In this document: piece after piece, positions 43,588 through 56,687 of the stretch | Position numbering within the stretch: the first letter of the stretch is position 1 | Layout of the letters: each line of letters begins with the position of its first letter | From: Octopus vulgaris | Lineage: Eukaryota | NCBI GenBank assembly: GCA_951406725.2 | Contig: OX597816.1 | Location: forward strand, 49,910,001-49,974,000 | Direction: 5' to 3' | DNA length: 64,000 nt | Made by a program: the position numbers and the translations under genes | The notes under the pieces: generated by a model | Databases searched by the model: none | Told to the model about the DNA's origin: nothing | What the model saw: the letters and a program-made list of their open reading frames with translations, nothing else

Positions 43588-43838
43588 CCAATAAAAGCAA
43601 AACGAATAAAATTTCTTAGCCTATATGCTGAAAAATAGACGATAAATCGTCTGACCACAAAATATTTTCAGTTATATTAATACACCTCGTGTATTCATAA
43701 TTTTCACTTTAGAAAGTATTTTTCATATGCTGGCCACTGAAAATTTTTTTAAAGTTTTATCCTTATATTAGAAGTATATTAATTCTCATTCACGTCAGGA
43801 CTGATTTGTAATACGAGGAAATAACATTTATAAATTAT

Positions 43839-43897
<59 letters not shown>

Positions 43898-44409
43898 ATC
43901 ATGTAACATCAAGTATACGTCAAATTCAGAATGTGAGATATAAAATTATACATCAGAATAAAAATGCATGTGTTTAAATGTTGTATGTAACAAGTAAAAT
44001 TCAAATACATATTTTTTACGTATTAATCTTTAATCTTTAATGCTTAATTATACTGCTTATTTTTATAGGGATGTAAAGTTGGATATATAATACTTTGAGA
44101 AAGAACCTGAAGATGTATTGGAATAATCTGATGATGGAATATATGTATACAGTTTGTGTATATGTTATTATACTTTAACCTTCCAATACTGAAACTCCTG
44201 TAGTTCCTTCATATTTAATACATTTAAGTATTAACTAAGGTAGGAGATAATTAGTGAAGTATATTATATACCCTGTTGGTAATTTAAGTATTATTTCGTG
44301 GTGTGCAAACTGATCCCATGAGTTTGCTTTCACATATACTCGTTAGGACATTTTCTGTATTATCTGAAATAGAATACCTGCATATCGATTAAGCCTCAAA
44401 AATTGAATT

Positions 44410-44488
<79 letters not shown>

Positions 44489-44546
44489 CATGTATGTATG
44501 TATGTAAGTATGTATGTATGTATGTATGCATGTATGTATATGTGTG

Positions 44547-44585
<39 letters not shown>

Positions 44586-47500
44586 AAAGGCTTCCAAATA
44601 AGGAAGCCTTTTATTATATTTCTATATGAATAATATATCGTCTAATGACTAATTCGTCATTTGTGCTAGGCCACTGGTAATAATAATTTATGTTATTACC
44701 CTATTTGATTATGCATATATATATGCATTGATAGAGAGATATGTGTGTGTATGTGCACATGTGTGCATGCGTACGTGGGAGTGTATGCGTAAGTGCGCGT
44801 GTCTGTGTCTCTGTTTGTCTTCCAACACAGCTTTACTACCACTGATGGTTCGTTTACGTCCCCCGTAACTTATATAAGATACACAAAGACAACCGCATAT
44901 ATACACACATATATACATAATCACATATACACACAGGCGTATACAGTTATATAGGCACAAGCATATTTGTGTGTGTATGTGTGTGCTTATGCCTTAGTCT
45001 GTGTGACTGGCCGTCATTCTGAATCTGCACACACACACATACAGATGCCAAGAAGTATATTCTATGAGAATCAAATAAGTCCGTTTAGTGTTTATTTACT
45101 CTAACATTTCAATATTTCCTTCCTGATTCGCCATGATATCATCAAACTGGGCTTATCACTTTCTGTATTCTACCTTTCATAATTCCTCAAATTTCATTTT
45201 ACACTATCGAAGTACACTGTAGAGGAAATAGAGCAACATGGAAGTGTTTTTTGTACGATTGTGCATCGGAAAAAAGAGTTATGCTTTTGTCTCTGAAAGC
45301 CTTCTAACGCTACTGTGAACAACGTCACGATAAAGATAGGAACAAAATCAAGCCGAAATTACACATCAGTATGTTTAAGGATTGCTGCATAGATTTCAAC
45401 ATGATCTGCATAGTAAATGCATAGTCTTAAAAACGCTTAGGATGAACATGGCTGACAACTTGCCAAATGATATGAAATCTTTAGAGACGACAAAAACAAA
45501 TTAGTTAAAATCAGAATATAATGTAGAATAGAAATTTCTTTTATGTGAAGTTAGATTTACAGTTTCGTAAGTTGTACGTATTATTTATGGCTATAATGAA
45601 TGTAATAGAATCTTTGAAGAACGTCAAACAGTGAAGAAATTGTGATCCAATTGTTGCAATCCAGTTGTTTTTTAAAGTAAATGTGACTGACTGGATTATG
45701 GATGATGTATAGTCTGTGCATATCTTGCTCCTGCTTTTCTTGGTCTATGTTCCTTGCTAGTAATTTCGTCTATATATACATCTATACTTGCGCTTTTGCT
45801 TGTGTGCGCAAGTGTGGAGTCTATGCATGTTTATATGTGTGTGTCTGCTAGTTATTGAATTATTTTTTCTTCTTCAGATTTAGAGAGAATATTGTAATTA
45901 GGCTCTGAATCAAAGACAAAAATGTATTTGAAGTATTTTTTAAGATCGTATTCTAACTGAAATCTAGTATATTCCATCAGCTGAGATGAGATGGTGAGAT
46001 TCACATTTTTTCCTTCGCCAGAGTTGATGCGTGTAGCATTTCTTAAATTTTTACATTCCCAATTATATTTTGACATTATTCATATTAAATGTTAGCCAAA
46101 TATCAGAATATTCAAATCTTTGCTTGTGATCCACCAGAAGAATTTAGACACAGAAGTTCTTCCTGGCTGTAATATCAACTAAATCTTTCTCGTGTTGAAA
46201 GGAAAATAACATTGGATATTATTACTTTAGATGCAACTTGGCTGTAAAATATCGAATGTTTACAGATTGAAGCCCTTTGATCATATTTTTTGAGCTATCA
46301 AAAAGTATAAGTTTTTAAACAAACATGGTCAAGAATAAATAACATGTTACAGTGACGTTAACTATAACTGGTATATAAGAGAAATTGCAAGCAGAAAAAG
46401 GAGAGAAAGAATGAGAGAAACAGAGAAACGGTGAGAGATTGAGAGTTGGTGAGAGAGAGAAAAGTGGGAGAGAGAGACAGAAAGAAGGAGAGAGAGCAGA
46501 GTGAGAAGGGATAACTGCTATTCTTATCACTTGAAAATAAATTGAAGTTCTTTTTGTACAAAGAAATAGTTGAAGTTTGTTTAGTTAGAAAATTGTGTAG
46601 ATTTTTAACCGTTTAAACAAACAAGCGTTAGCAATTTAAGGAATGAGTTTATTGTAAAGAGAACTTAACAAAAGGTTCCTACAAACTACAGATGATCACA
46701 TAAATATTCACTGAGTTGCATGACTACTGCGGATATTTTGCTGATCGAGAGCATTTGATTTGATACACATGCACACACTTACGTATAAACACATGCACAC
46801 ATAGGAACCTATGCAAGTATAATCGTTTTACCTTAGCTTAGCGATACGAGCTACAATATATTTTAGTCTAATTTAGTATTGCGTTAGGGAAATGATAAAA
46901 TTAATCTTTAGTTCGTTTCAATATGTGTGATATACTCTTTAACGTAAGCTCATTCAACTATATTTATGACTCTTTTTCGCTATTTATAGCTTTAGATAAA
47001 ATTTGTCACTGATAAATGCAAGTAATCAAATTCTTCTGAAAATTTAAGAGACGAGAACGTGATCTATAAATCACGGTATTCAATTAATGAACATTTAACT
47101 CCTAATATATTTCATTCTTTGTTTAAATATAATTTTCTGATATCGTTACTGAAGCGAATTCAAGAGCTTGTTCCTTACATTATTATTTAGCTAGATCAAT
47201 ATCTATTTCTTTCTTTTACTCCCTGCCGTAAAGCTAATGAAATACTTATTTCGTGTCTAATGTACACAAGAACACGTTAGTGTAATCGATGTATTGCTAT
47301 ATTACACAAGCAATATATAGATTTGTAAGGTACTAACATCAAAGAATTCAATTAATCCTCTCATTTCTTACAGTTTATTATATTGTCTCTTGCCAGATAT
47401 ATATTTCATTTCATCTACTTCTCTCCTATAAAACAGGCATTTTCAACAGATAATACGTTGAAATAAATTTTTGCCATCGAAAAATGACTGAAATTCATAT

Positions 47501-49546
47501 TTTTTACTGGAAAAATATCTATCCTGTTATTTTGCCACGTAAATATAATGTAATATTAATCTTTAATAATATATGTAGTATGTAAAGAAACGGTGATTTT
47601 TATTTGCAATTTATCTAGGTGTCTTCTTCTGATCCCCATATTACAAAAAGAAGTGATAGTAAATCAGTTACAATTTTCTCGTAAAATAGATAAGTTACTA
47701 GAAAGCGTTTTAAGTATTTCTTTGATTTCAAACAACTGGTAAACATTTCAATATTTTTTCTTTGAGCAGGGATAGAACAATAAAATTCTTTTAATATAAC
47801 ATTTTATGATTTCGGATAAAAATACTTTCTACACATCAAGGAACACGAAAGAAATGGATAGATGCATGACCCCATTTTAACTCAGTGTAAAAATATATTT
47901 TTGCGACTGGGGAAGGAATAAGCTTCAAGTGACCTCTTACTCATGAAATTTTATGTTTGGATATGCTGTATATGTTGTTTTGCATTTGTGAGCATAATTA
48001 TACATGTAATGCTTCTGTTTATAATGCTATGACAAATATGTAATAGGAAAATTACCAGTCGTAGTTCGGCGACGTGTGTACCAGTAGTGATTAATTGAAA
48101 AATCATAAAATAAGTAACAAATAGAAATAAAAATAAATCATGGAATAAATTTTTCATCTCAAGTGATCACATTAAATTATGGGAGTTGTTGAAGTATTAG
48201 AGTGTAAAAAAAATTATATTAGATTTGAGAGAGATTCCTCTCCACACAAAATGCAGGTCACGAAAAAGAAGGGAACTATGTATTGAAGGTTCAACGAAGT
48301 GAATGCGTCAGCATATTTCACGCTTAGGACTCTGAAAGTAATTTAGATAATTGTCAAAATTAGTCAAAATTTAAACGGAAACTTATTTTGTATGAAATAA
48401 TGAAGGCAATAGACCAATTACAAAGATAATTGTTTGTAAATTTATTAAGTTACTTCCTCAATATAAATGATCTGATGTATTGACTAAACGAAATATTTTG
48501 TATTGCAGCTTTAAGTAGTATTCTCTTCTTTTTGGTTCTCAGTGCCTAACTGGATTTGATGACAACTTATCACGATAAGATTTGAAATTACAATACTTGA
48601 TTTCTTTTATGTCAGTGTATTATGAGGTCAACTTCTTGAATTAAAGCCTGCCTTATATAGTTCTCACATACAATAGCGTAGTATATATTTATCCCCCAAA
48701 GCAAACCAACAAAGAAAAAAGTAATCAACTAATGCATTTTGATTCACAGGTTTAGATATATGTATTCGTTTGTGTTTTGTCTAGACTTAACAGGGATGGT
48801 AACCGTAATTCATTCAATGAAAACGAAAGAAAAATTCCAACGATTCCGGGATGGGTTGAGGTGAGTGTGGCGATTACCCCACCTTTTTCTGAACAAAAAT
48901 AATGGGCTTGCGGCACATTAGGTGGTCAGGGTATTTACATCCATGCAAAAATCTGACTTTTTTCTCTTAGTGAAGTGTGTGTGGGTACACTTATCAAAAT
49001 TTACTGAAATATAGAATGAGAACTAGACTTGATATTTTGACCTGCGAAATTGAGTAATCGAGAAAGTGCTCCAACATGAAACATCACGTCTAATTTACAA
49101 TAACAAGAGAAACAAAAGAGGTAGAACAATATGTGTTTATATGCATTCTCATGTGACCGTACGTTGTGTGGCTTGTGTATGCGTGTTTGATCTTGTGACT
49201 ACGCGGGTGTGAGCGTGAATCGCGTTGACCTACTACATTTTATTAAAGATATCAAGAGAAAATAAAAGCTTATTTCTGCAGAATATTAAACCAGAATATT
49301 TTTATTCTGTGATAATATTCATTGTATTCCGCTTGCTTCAGTTTCTCATACCAGCATGAACTGAAACATACTAAAAATGATGCTCAATCGTTATTTGCTG
49401 ACTGGATAAATGGACGGCAATTTTTTGATTATATAGCGAGTAGGCTTTCGAATATCATATTGATGAAAATGTGGTCCTTATTTTACAGGTAATTTGAATT
49501 GATCATCGACAGAATTATGAAGGTGTGTAATAAGTCCTTTTATTAG

Positions 49547-49755
49547 TTTCAAATTTTGGCACACGTCTAGCAATTTTGAAGTAGGTGTTAGTCGATAAAA
49601 CCAACCCGAGTGCTTAAATGCTATTTATTTTATCGACCCCGAAAGGGGAAAATGCAAATACGAACCCGGGATCATTTGTTACCCAATACATAAAGGTAGG
49701 CGAAATGCCACTAGACAATTTAACCAGCGTGCGCTAATGATTTTCCAGCTCACTG
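49547..49755 (-). mobile_element. SINE family B, old diverged copy
   Basis: TATTTTATCGACCCCGAAAGG and a degenerate head CCAGCTCAC. Confidence 0.7.
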
Positions 49756-50058
49756 CGTTAGTTGGTAGGATTTTGTATTAGCAATAAATTTATGAATTCG
49801 ATCAGAATTGTATACAACAATTCGATATTTACTAACCGTGTAAATCAGCATATTTTTCGAGGATAAAAACCAAAACGTTACAAGTGAGAAGAAACAAGGA
49901 TTTAACAGGACTAAACATATTGTCATATATTGCATTTGAAATATTGCTATATTACGAGTTATGCTCCAACTGTAGCGTATCTTGGTAAAATACTCTTGAG
50001 TTCATGCAATTATACAATGAGCAACGTGCAAACGAATTTTCACACAAATGCACACGCA

Positions 50059-50059
<1 letters not shown>

Positions 50060-50137
<78 letters not shown>

Positions 50138-50164
50138 TTATCTATCTATATATCTAGCTGTCTG

Positions 50165-50232
<68 letters not shown>
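50060..50232. repeat. (TATC)n tetranucleotide microsatellite
   Basis: Directly visible. Confidence 0.95.
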
Positions 50233-50271
50233 GGTTTCTTTCTTCTTTCCCTGTCTGTATATACAAATATG

Positions 50272-50329
<58 letters not shown>

Positions 50330-50657
50330 CATATATATATACACACACACACATGCATTTATATGTACTTACGCATGTACCCATGATATATATGTATGTA
50401 AGGATGTATGTATATATGTATATGTATACACACACATACTTATATATGTTCATGGATTTGTGTTGCAATATCCCTGGTGTAAAACCTTGTGTTGAAACAT
50501 ATATTGTTATATTTCTGAAGGTATTTTTCTTTTTCCCAAAATAAGAACCATAATAAACAAGTATAGTATGAATACATATATCCTTGTGTTTATTTATTCA
50601 AAAGCAAAAGAAACAGCCATGGCCATCCCGAAATATAGCAGCACACACACACACATT

Positions 50658-50721
<64 letters not shown>

Positions 50722-51358
50722 TATATAAGCTTGAAACAGCATTACTGAAACAACATAGAAAGAGAATTTAACACGTTTCATAATTGCTATCAAATTATCA
50801 CGTTGGACGAAAACGAGGTCAGAGAAGTTAGGGTAGTTTTCATTCAAGAGAAAGAGACCGGTATTTAATCTCTGTCAGAACAGGTACGTATTCCAGATTG
50901 TGTATGGATAACGCTGTAGGATCTCTGAGGCAGAGTTCATAAATTATCGATAAATGTGAAAAAGAAGAATGGGAGCTCAGTAAGTATAAGTACAATGACA
51001 GGTTACGAATGGAATTGAGTATAATTGGCTTCAGATAAACCAGATTCACATAAACTAACTGTTCTACGTTCAGTGAGGATAGTATTTGTGAAAAGTTACA
51101 AAGTTGCACAGAAATCGGATTAAATCCTAATTATACAGTGTTAATTAGATTTTGACACATCTCACACTATTTGGCTGTTATATACGAGATTTCGCAGTGG
51201 GTCAATAAGTGTGAGGAAATTGGATATTAACACTATTAAAAATTAGATATAAGACCTGATCTTCAGAAATAGATTGTGTTCATAATAAATAAAATATTTT
51301 CAACATCGATGCAAATTGACTACTTTCAGACGAATCCATGTTCAACTTTCATTGTAAA

Positions 51359-51753
51359 CTAGCAGTATCGCCCGGCGTTGCTCGGGTTTGTAAGGGAAAT
51401 AATTATATAAGCATTTTTAGAGATGTAAAGTATAATAGCCATCTCAATATGGCTAACCACAAAGGGGGAGGGGTGTTACTGTAGCTTTTTACGTTCTGAG
51501 ATTTAATAATACATTTTAGAGAGTTACTTCCCTTATATATGTCAAAAATGGATTAAAAATGGGAAAAATTGATGGTAATTTTTTTTTAAAATCATAGACT
51601 CATCGTAGACGCGCGCTAATACCCAGACGGTCTCGATATGAATCACGACTATAAGATACCCGGTTTTGGTTAAACTGCACCGCAAAATGTGGGAGTAGTT
51701 AGGAATCTAAATCGTAGGAGACAGACACACAACCTCTCTTTTATATATAAAGA
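51359..51753 (-). mobile_element. Non-autonomous Helitron
   Basis: Minus strand starts A|TCTTTATATATAAAAG and ends in the hairpin CCCGAGCAACGCCGGG followed by CTAG|T. Inserted between A and T with no TSD. Confidence 0.85.
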
Positions 51754-51915
51754 TTTCCTCTATTTACATAATATTGAGGTCTCTTTCTTTCTTTTGTTAT
51801 CTTACTGTTTTTACCAATATACATATATATATATATATAAATATATATATAGTTACAGAGATGTACTTGCATAGCAAGTGACTTGATCTGAGATCGTGTG
51901 CTGGAACGAAAACAG

Positions 51916-52174
51916 TTGCAGCGTTGAAGGTGCTTATAAGCCATTTAAGAAACACACAAAAACCGTTAGATTCACTTCAACATTTAAATTTAATTTGTCA
52001 AAATATTTTCGTCGCTTTGAGACCGCGACCTGTTAGCACGATATTTTTGTCAGTGAACAGGTCGCGGTCTCAAAGCGACGAAAATATTTTGGCAAATTAA
52101 ATTTAAATGTTGAAGTGAATGTAACGGTTTTTGTGTGTTTCTTAAATGGCTTAGAAACACCTTCCAGGCTGCAA
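51916..52174. repeat. Fold-back palindrome, ~119-bp arms, 21-bp spacer
   Basis: 51916-52034 is the reverse complement of 52056-52174 with a few mismatches. Confidence 0.93.
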
Positions 52175-52229
52175 TATATATATACACACATATATATATA
52201 TGTATGTATGTATGTATGTGTGTATATGT

Positions 52230-52470
52230 GTATGCATGTATGTGTGTGTGTGCGTGTCTGTGCTTGTGATTGTCCTCCACCACTGCTTGACAACGAATGT
52301 TGGTTTGTTTACATCCCTGTCACCTAGTGGTTTGACAAAGGAAACAGATAGAATAAGTACAATGCTTACAAAAATAAAACTGGAGTTGATTCATTAAACT
52401 ACAATTCTTCAAGGCATTGCCCCAGCATGGCCACAGACCAATGGCTGGAAAAAGCAGAAGAATAAAAGAA
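52230..52470 (+). mobile_element. SINE family A-related 3' half
   Basis: GCTTGACAAC..GATAGAATAAGTAC..GCCCCAGCATGGCCACAG tail. Confidence 0.75.
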
Positions 52471-52537
52471 TACATTCACTGCTTTGGTCTTATGTTCAAG
52501 GCATGAGAAAGCTTGAGTTTACATGAGAAGGCCTAAC

Positions 52538-52910
52538 AGACCTGGTAGAAACAGCAGCCAAATCTCCCTCAAATCACACCTTACTGTCTTATGTATGTAT
52601 ATATATATGAGCCAATGAGGGGCACCTCTACATGGTAGCTAGACCTGGTAGAAATAGCAGCCAAATTTCCCCCAAATCACACCTTACTGTCTTATCTATG
52701 TATATATGTATGTATGAGCCTATGAAGGAGACCCCTACATGGCAGCTAGACCTGGTAGAAATAGCAGCCAAATTTCCCCCAAATCACACCTTACTGTCTT
52801 ATCTATGTATATATGTATGTATGAGCCTATGAGGGAGACCCTACATGGCAGCTAGACATGGTAGAAATAGCAGCCAAATCTCCCTCAAATCACACCTTAC
52901 TGTCTTATCT
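52538..52910 (+). repeat. Tandem array of ~103-107-bp units (3.5 copies) from an interspersed repeat
   Basis: AGACCTGGTAGAAATAGCAGCCAAAT..CAAATCACACCTTACTGTCTTAT at 52538, 52641, 52748 and 52854. A related single copy lies near 35765-35810. Confidence 0.9.
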
Positions 52911-53284
52911 TTCTGCTACTTGGATATAGGTGTTATATTCGTCGTAAAAAAACTTTCCTGTCACACACTCACGCACACGCACACACACACACACACACAC
53001 ACGCACCCTCACACACACACACACGCGCACACCCACACACACCCACTCACACACACACGCACGTTAGCTTACAATTTTATTTATATATTTGCGTGTCTAT
53101 GTGTTGAAAGTGGAAGTGGGAGGCAGACTGAAAGAATCACTCACTACAGTAAGTCAATTACTTTCATTTTATTCGTTGCCCACTGTGTGTGTGCGTTTGC
53201 GTGTGCTGTAAACCAGACTAAGAAAAGCATTTGACACACACACCAGAATGTGAGTTTTCTGTAAATTTTGCTTAATTGGAGTTT

Positions 53285-53428
53285 AAATTTTAAAAACTGG
53301 ACCTGGCATGACGCGATGCATTGTACTCTTAAAAATGCAAGGTAAATTGTAATTGAAGAAATCCTATATTGTAGATTTGTATAACTCCCAAAGGGAGGCA
53401 GATAAAATCTGCCTTTTATAATAAGAGA
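53285..53428 (-). mobile_element. Possible Helitron 5' fragment
   Basis: Minus strand starts A|TCTCTTATTATAAAAG, like the 51753 Helitron end. No 3' CTAG end found. Confidence 0.4.
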
Positions 53429-53575
53429 TATTTTCCAGGAAGATAAAAATGAACTGTAATTACCATATCACTATAAATTCTTTGGTTTATTGACTCTACC
53501 ATATATAACTTTTAATATTTTAAATTACTATGAGGGTCAGCTACACAGACACACAGACACAAATACAAACCAACA

Positions 53576-53620
<45 letters not shown>

Positions 53621-54322
53621 ACACACACGCACACACAGTCCACTGACGATTTCCAGAGATTCTCCGTATATAAGATACTTAATAGTGCACAAAAGATTCA
53701 AACTTTCTCTTGTTTACCAAAACTATTATATTTAACATATTCCATTTATCTAAGTTCGTTATCCTCATAATTGACCCCATATATAAATATATACGTCTGT
53801 GTGTATAGGTTCATGTATACATATATGTGTGTATGTGTGTGTTTAGAGGTCTAGGCGTGCCTTTCTGGTACGAAGTTTACATTGCAACCACATGGTTTTA
53901 TGTTCAATATTAAACTGGGCACCATTATTGGTGCTTCCGTTCCCGTAAACTAGGGGTTCAACAGAGAGAGACTGCCCGAGTAATTGCCAAGCTTTAAAAA
54001 GAAAAATTGTACTGGGGTCGATTCATTTGACAAAAAATATTCCTCAGATCTGAGCCCCTGCAAGTCAACTGAGTGTTCAACCAGACAGGAGACAAAAACA
54101 GACGGTCCCTGATTCTTCTTCAGTTATCAGCCCATTTGTAAAACTCAATTTTCTGCCATTTTTGATAAGATTGAGGGCTTCTCATATTAGCCCACAATAA
54201 TGTTTTTGCGGAAATTCGAGAGAAAACGGAACAACGCAGAACATAGAGTGTGATGTAGGACGGCAGACAAAGAGGAACATACAAGAAAAATACGGCTTTA
54301 GGGCCATGTATATATATATATG

Positions 54323-54404
<82 letters not shown>

Positions 54405-54471
54405 TACATATATATATATATATATCTTTGAAGAGTTTTAGACGGAGGAATCGACTCTAATACTAAAATTT

Positions 54472-55180
54472 GGTATTTACTCTATCGTTTCTTTTCGTTG
54501 AACCGCGAAGTTACGGTTTATATCCCACACCAAGAACCCTTTTTAAGCGTTAGTAGCGACAATGACAGGTACAAAACAGCCACAAACACGAGCACACACA
54601 CGCACACAAAATCTGTCCGATATATATATTTTTTCTCTAGTTTCAGCTCAGAGCTGTGGCCATGCTGATGATATATGTATATACACACACACACACAACG
54701 CGCTTCCTCCAGTATATGCCTACAAAATCTATTCATAAGTTTTCGATTGGGCAGAAGCTATAGCAGAAGAAAGTCGCTCGAGTTGATGCGCAGCGGGACT
54801 GAACTCGGTATTTACTCTATCTCTTTTCGTTGAACCGCGAAGTTACGGTTTATATCCCACACCAAGAACCCTTTTTAAGCGTTAGTAGCGACAATGACAG
54901 GTACAAAACAGCCACACACACGAGCACACACACATAGCCACACACAAATCTGTCCGATATATATATTTTTCTCTAGTTTCAGCTCAGAGCTGTATGCTGA
55001 TGATATATGTATATACACACACACACAACGCGCTTCCTCCAGTATATGCCTACAAAATCTATTCATAAGTTTTCGATTGGGCAGAAGCTATAGCAGAAGA
55101 AAGTCGCTCGAGTTGATGCGCAGCGGGACTGAACTCGGAACCATCTCTGTTGTGTAGTGAACTTTTTACCAGACTCCAAC
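54472..55180 (-). mobile_element. Diverged SINE A with a nested LINE tail, tandemly duplicated (~335-bp unit)
   Basis: 54472-54806 is repeated at 54807-55137. Each unit holds a LINE tail fragment, CTAGTTTCAGCTCAGAGCTGT. Confidence 0.85.
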
Positions 55181-56312
55181 TTATGCATACATACACACAC
55201 ACAGACACACACACACACACACACACATAGCCACACACACACTCACACACACAAATATATATGTATGTATGTATTTATATGTATATATATAAAATCATTG
55301 TTGCTTATCTCTTATTGAACGAATGACAGGCAAAGCTAAGAGAAAGCCATGCATATCTGAAAGAATGTCACGAACACCTGCAATGCACACTCATACAGGC
55401 ATGCACGCGTGCGCGCTCGTACACAAACATGCACACATGCATTTCACTCCTGTATAATTTAACACCCAATATAAGATATTAAATATGATTACGTACTAAA
55501 ATAAAATCTACAATCTGGCGATGCACAACTGATCGCACTTATCACGAAAAAATATTGATTAAAAATTTTTTTTTTATTATATACAAATGAAAATTAAACA
55601 TTATAAATATAATTATTTCCATGTTACGTAATACATGAAACAAATTAATCAACATAGGGCACAACAGGAGTTCTAATAACCAATTTTAATTCAATAGAAA
55701 AAGTTCAATAATCATAAATTATATTGTCTAAACTGATAATGAATGTAATTTTCCTTGAAATGTTTCCCGAATTTAATTGAAATAATTGTTATTATAGATT
55801 AATCATTAGTGAAAGCATATTATAAAAATTGCATTAGTCTTTCATCGTATCAGTTTCTCTTATAATTATTAATTAATATTCGGAATAACTAATTTCCAAT
55901 TTGATCTAGTGAAATTATAATTGATAAAGTATGTGAATTTATAATCATTAAATCAGTACGCTGCACCTTTATTTCTGTAAATGAGTTCGATAAGAAAATG
56001 CAATAGTTATATATTTTCAAATATATGGCATAAAAAAGAAAACTTTAGATGTATAATAAAGGGGGGAAATGGGTAACTGCTTAAATAGCTACTAAATAAG
56101 TACAATGACAAATTAAGCTTGTTTTGTTACTCGGCCTTTAAATAGAAGTGTACGTCATGTTGAATAAAAAAGTTTATATAACGTATTATTCAGCCAGGTA
56201 AAATATTACAAAAGACAGCAAATTGTATTGCAAACGTCAATTTTGACACTTTTGATTTTTTTAATAATACGGATTGGAGCTAAATTAAAATTTTTTTGAT
56301 GAATCAAGGAAT

Positions 56313-56653
56313 GGTGTAGGAATGGCTGTGTGGTAAGTAGCTTGCTTACCAACCACATGGTTCCGGGTTCAGTCCCGCTGCGTGGCACCTTGGGCAAGTG
56401 ACTTCTAGTATAGCCTCGGGCAGACCAAAGCCTTGTAAGTGGATTTGGTTGACGGAAACTGAAAGAAACCCGTCGTATATATGTATATATATGTATGTGT
56501 GTATGTGTTTGTGTGTCTGTGTTTGCCCCCCCCCCACACCGCTTGACAACCGATGCTGGTGTGCTTTACGTCCCCGCAAGGTAGCTGTTCGGCAAAAGAG
56601 ACCGATAGAATAAGTACTAGGCTTACAAAGAATAAGTCCTAGGGTCGATTTGC
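56313..56653 (+). mobile_element. SINE family A, 3'-truncated
   Basis: Runs from the head GGTGTAGGAATGGCTGTGTGG to GGGTCGATTTGC, then (TA)n(GA)n. Confidence 0.92.

Positions 56654-56687
<34 letters not shown>

Noticed and set aside
48794-48860. Plus-strand 67-nt exon candidate with a perfect GAG|GTGAGT donor
   Set aside because: No recognisable product or partner exons, and opposite strand to the supported gene.
49835-49970. YDNMFSPV..YADL with spacing like the nAChR RPV exon
   Set aside because: In-frame stop after the acceptor, no R in RPV and donor out of phase.
54060-54130. Minus-strand GATAACTGAAGAAG as another hammerhead
   Set aside because: No stem II or GAAA partner recoverable. 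Other isolated CTGANGA hits (2999, 4799, 44128) fail for the same reason.
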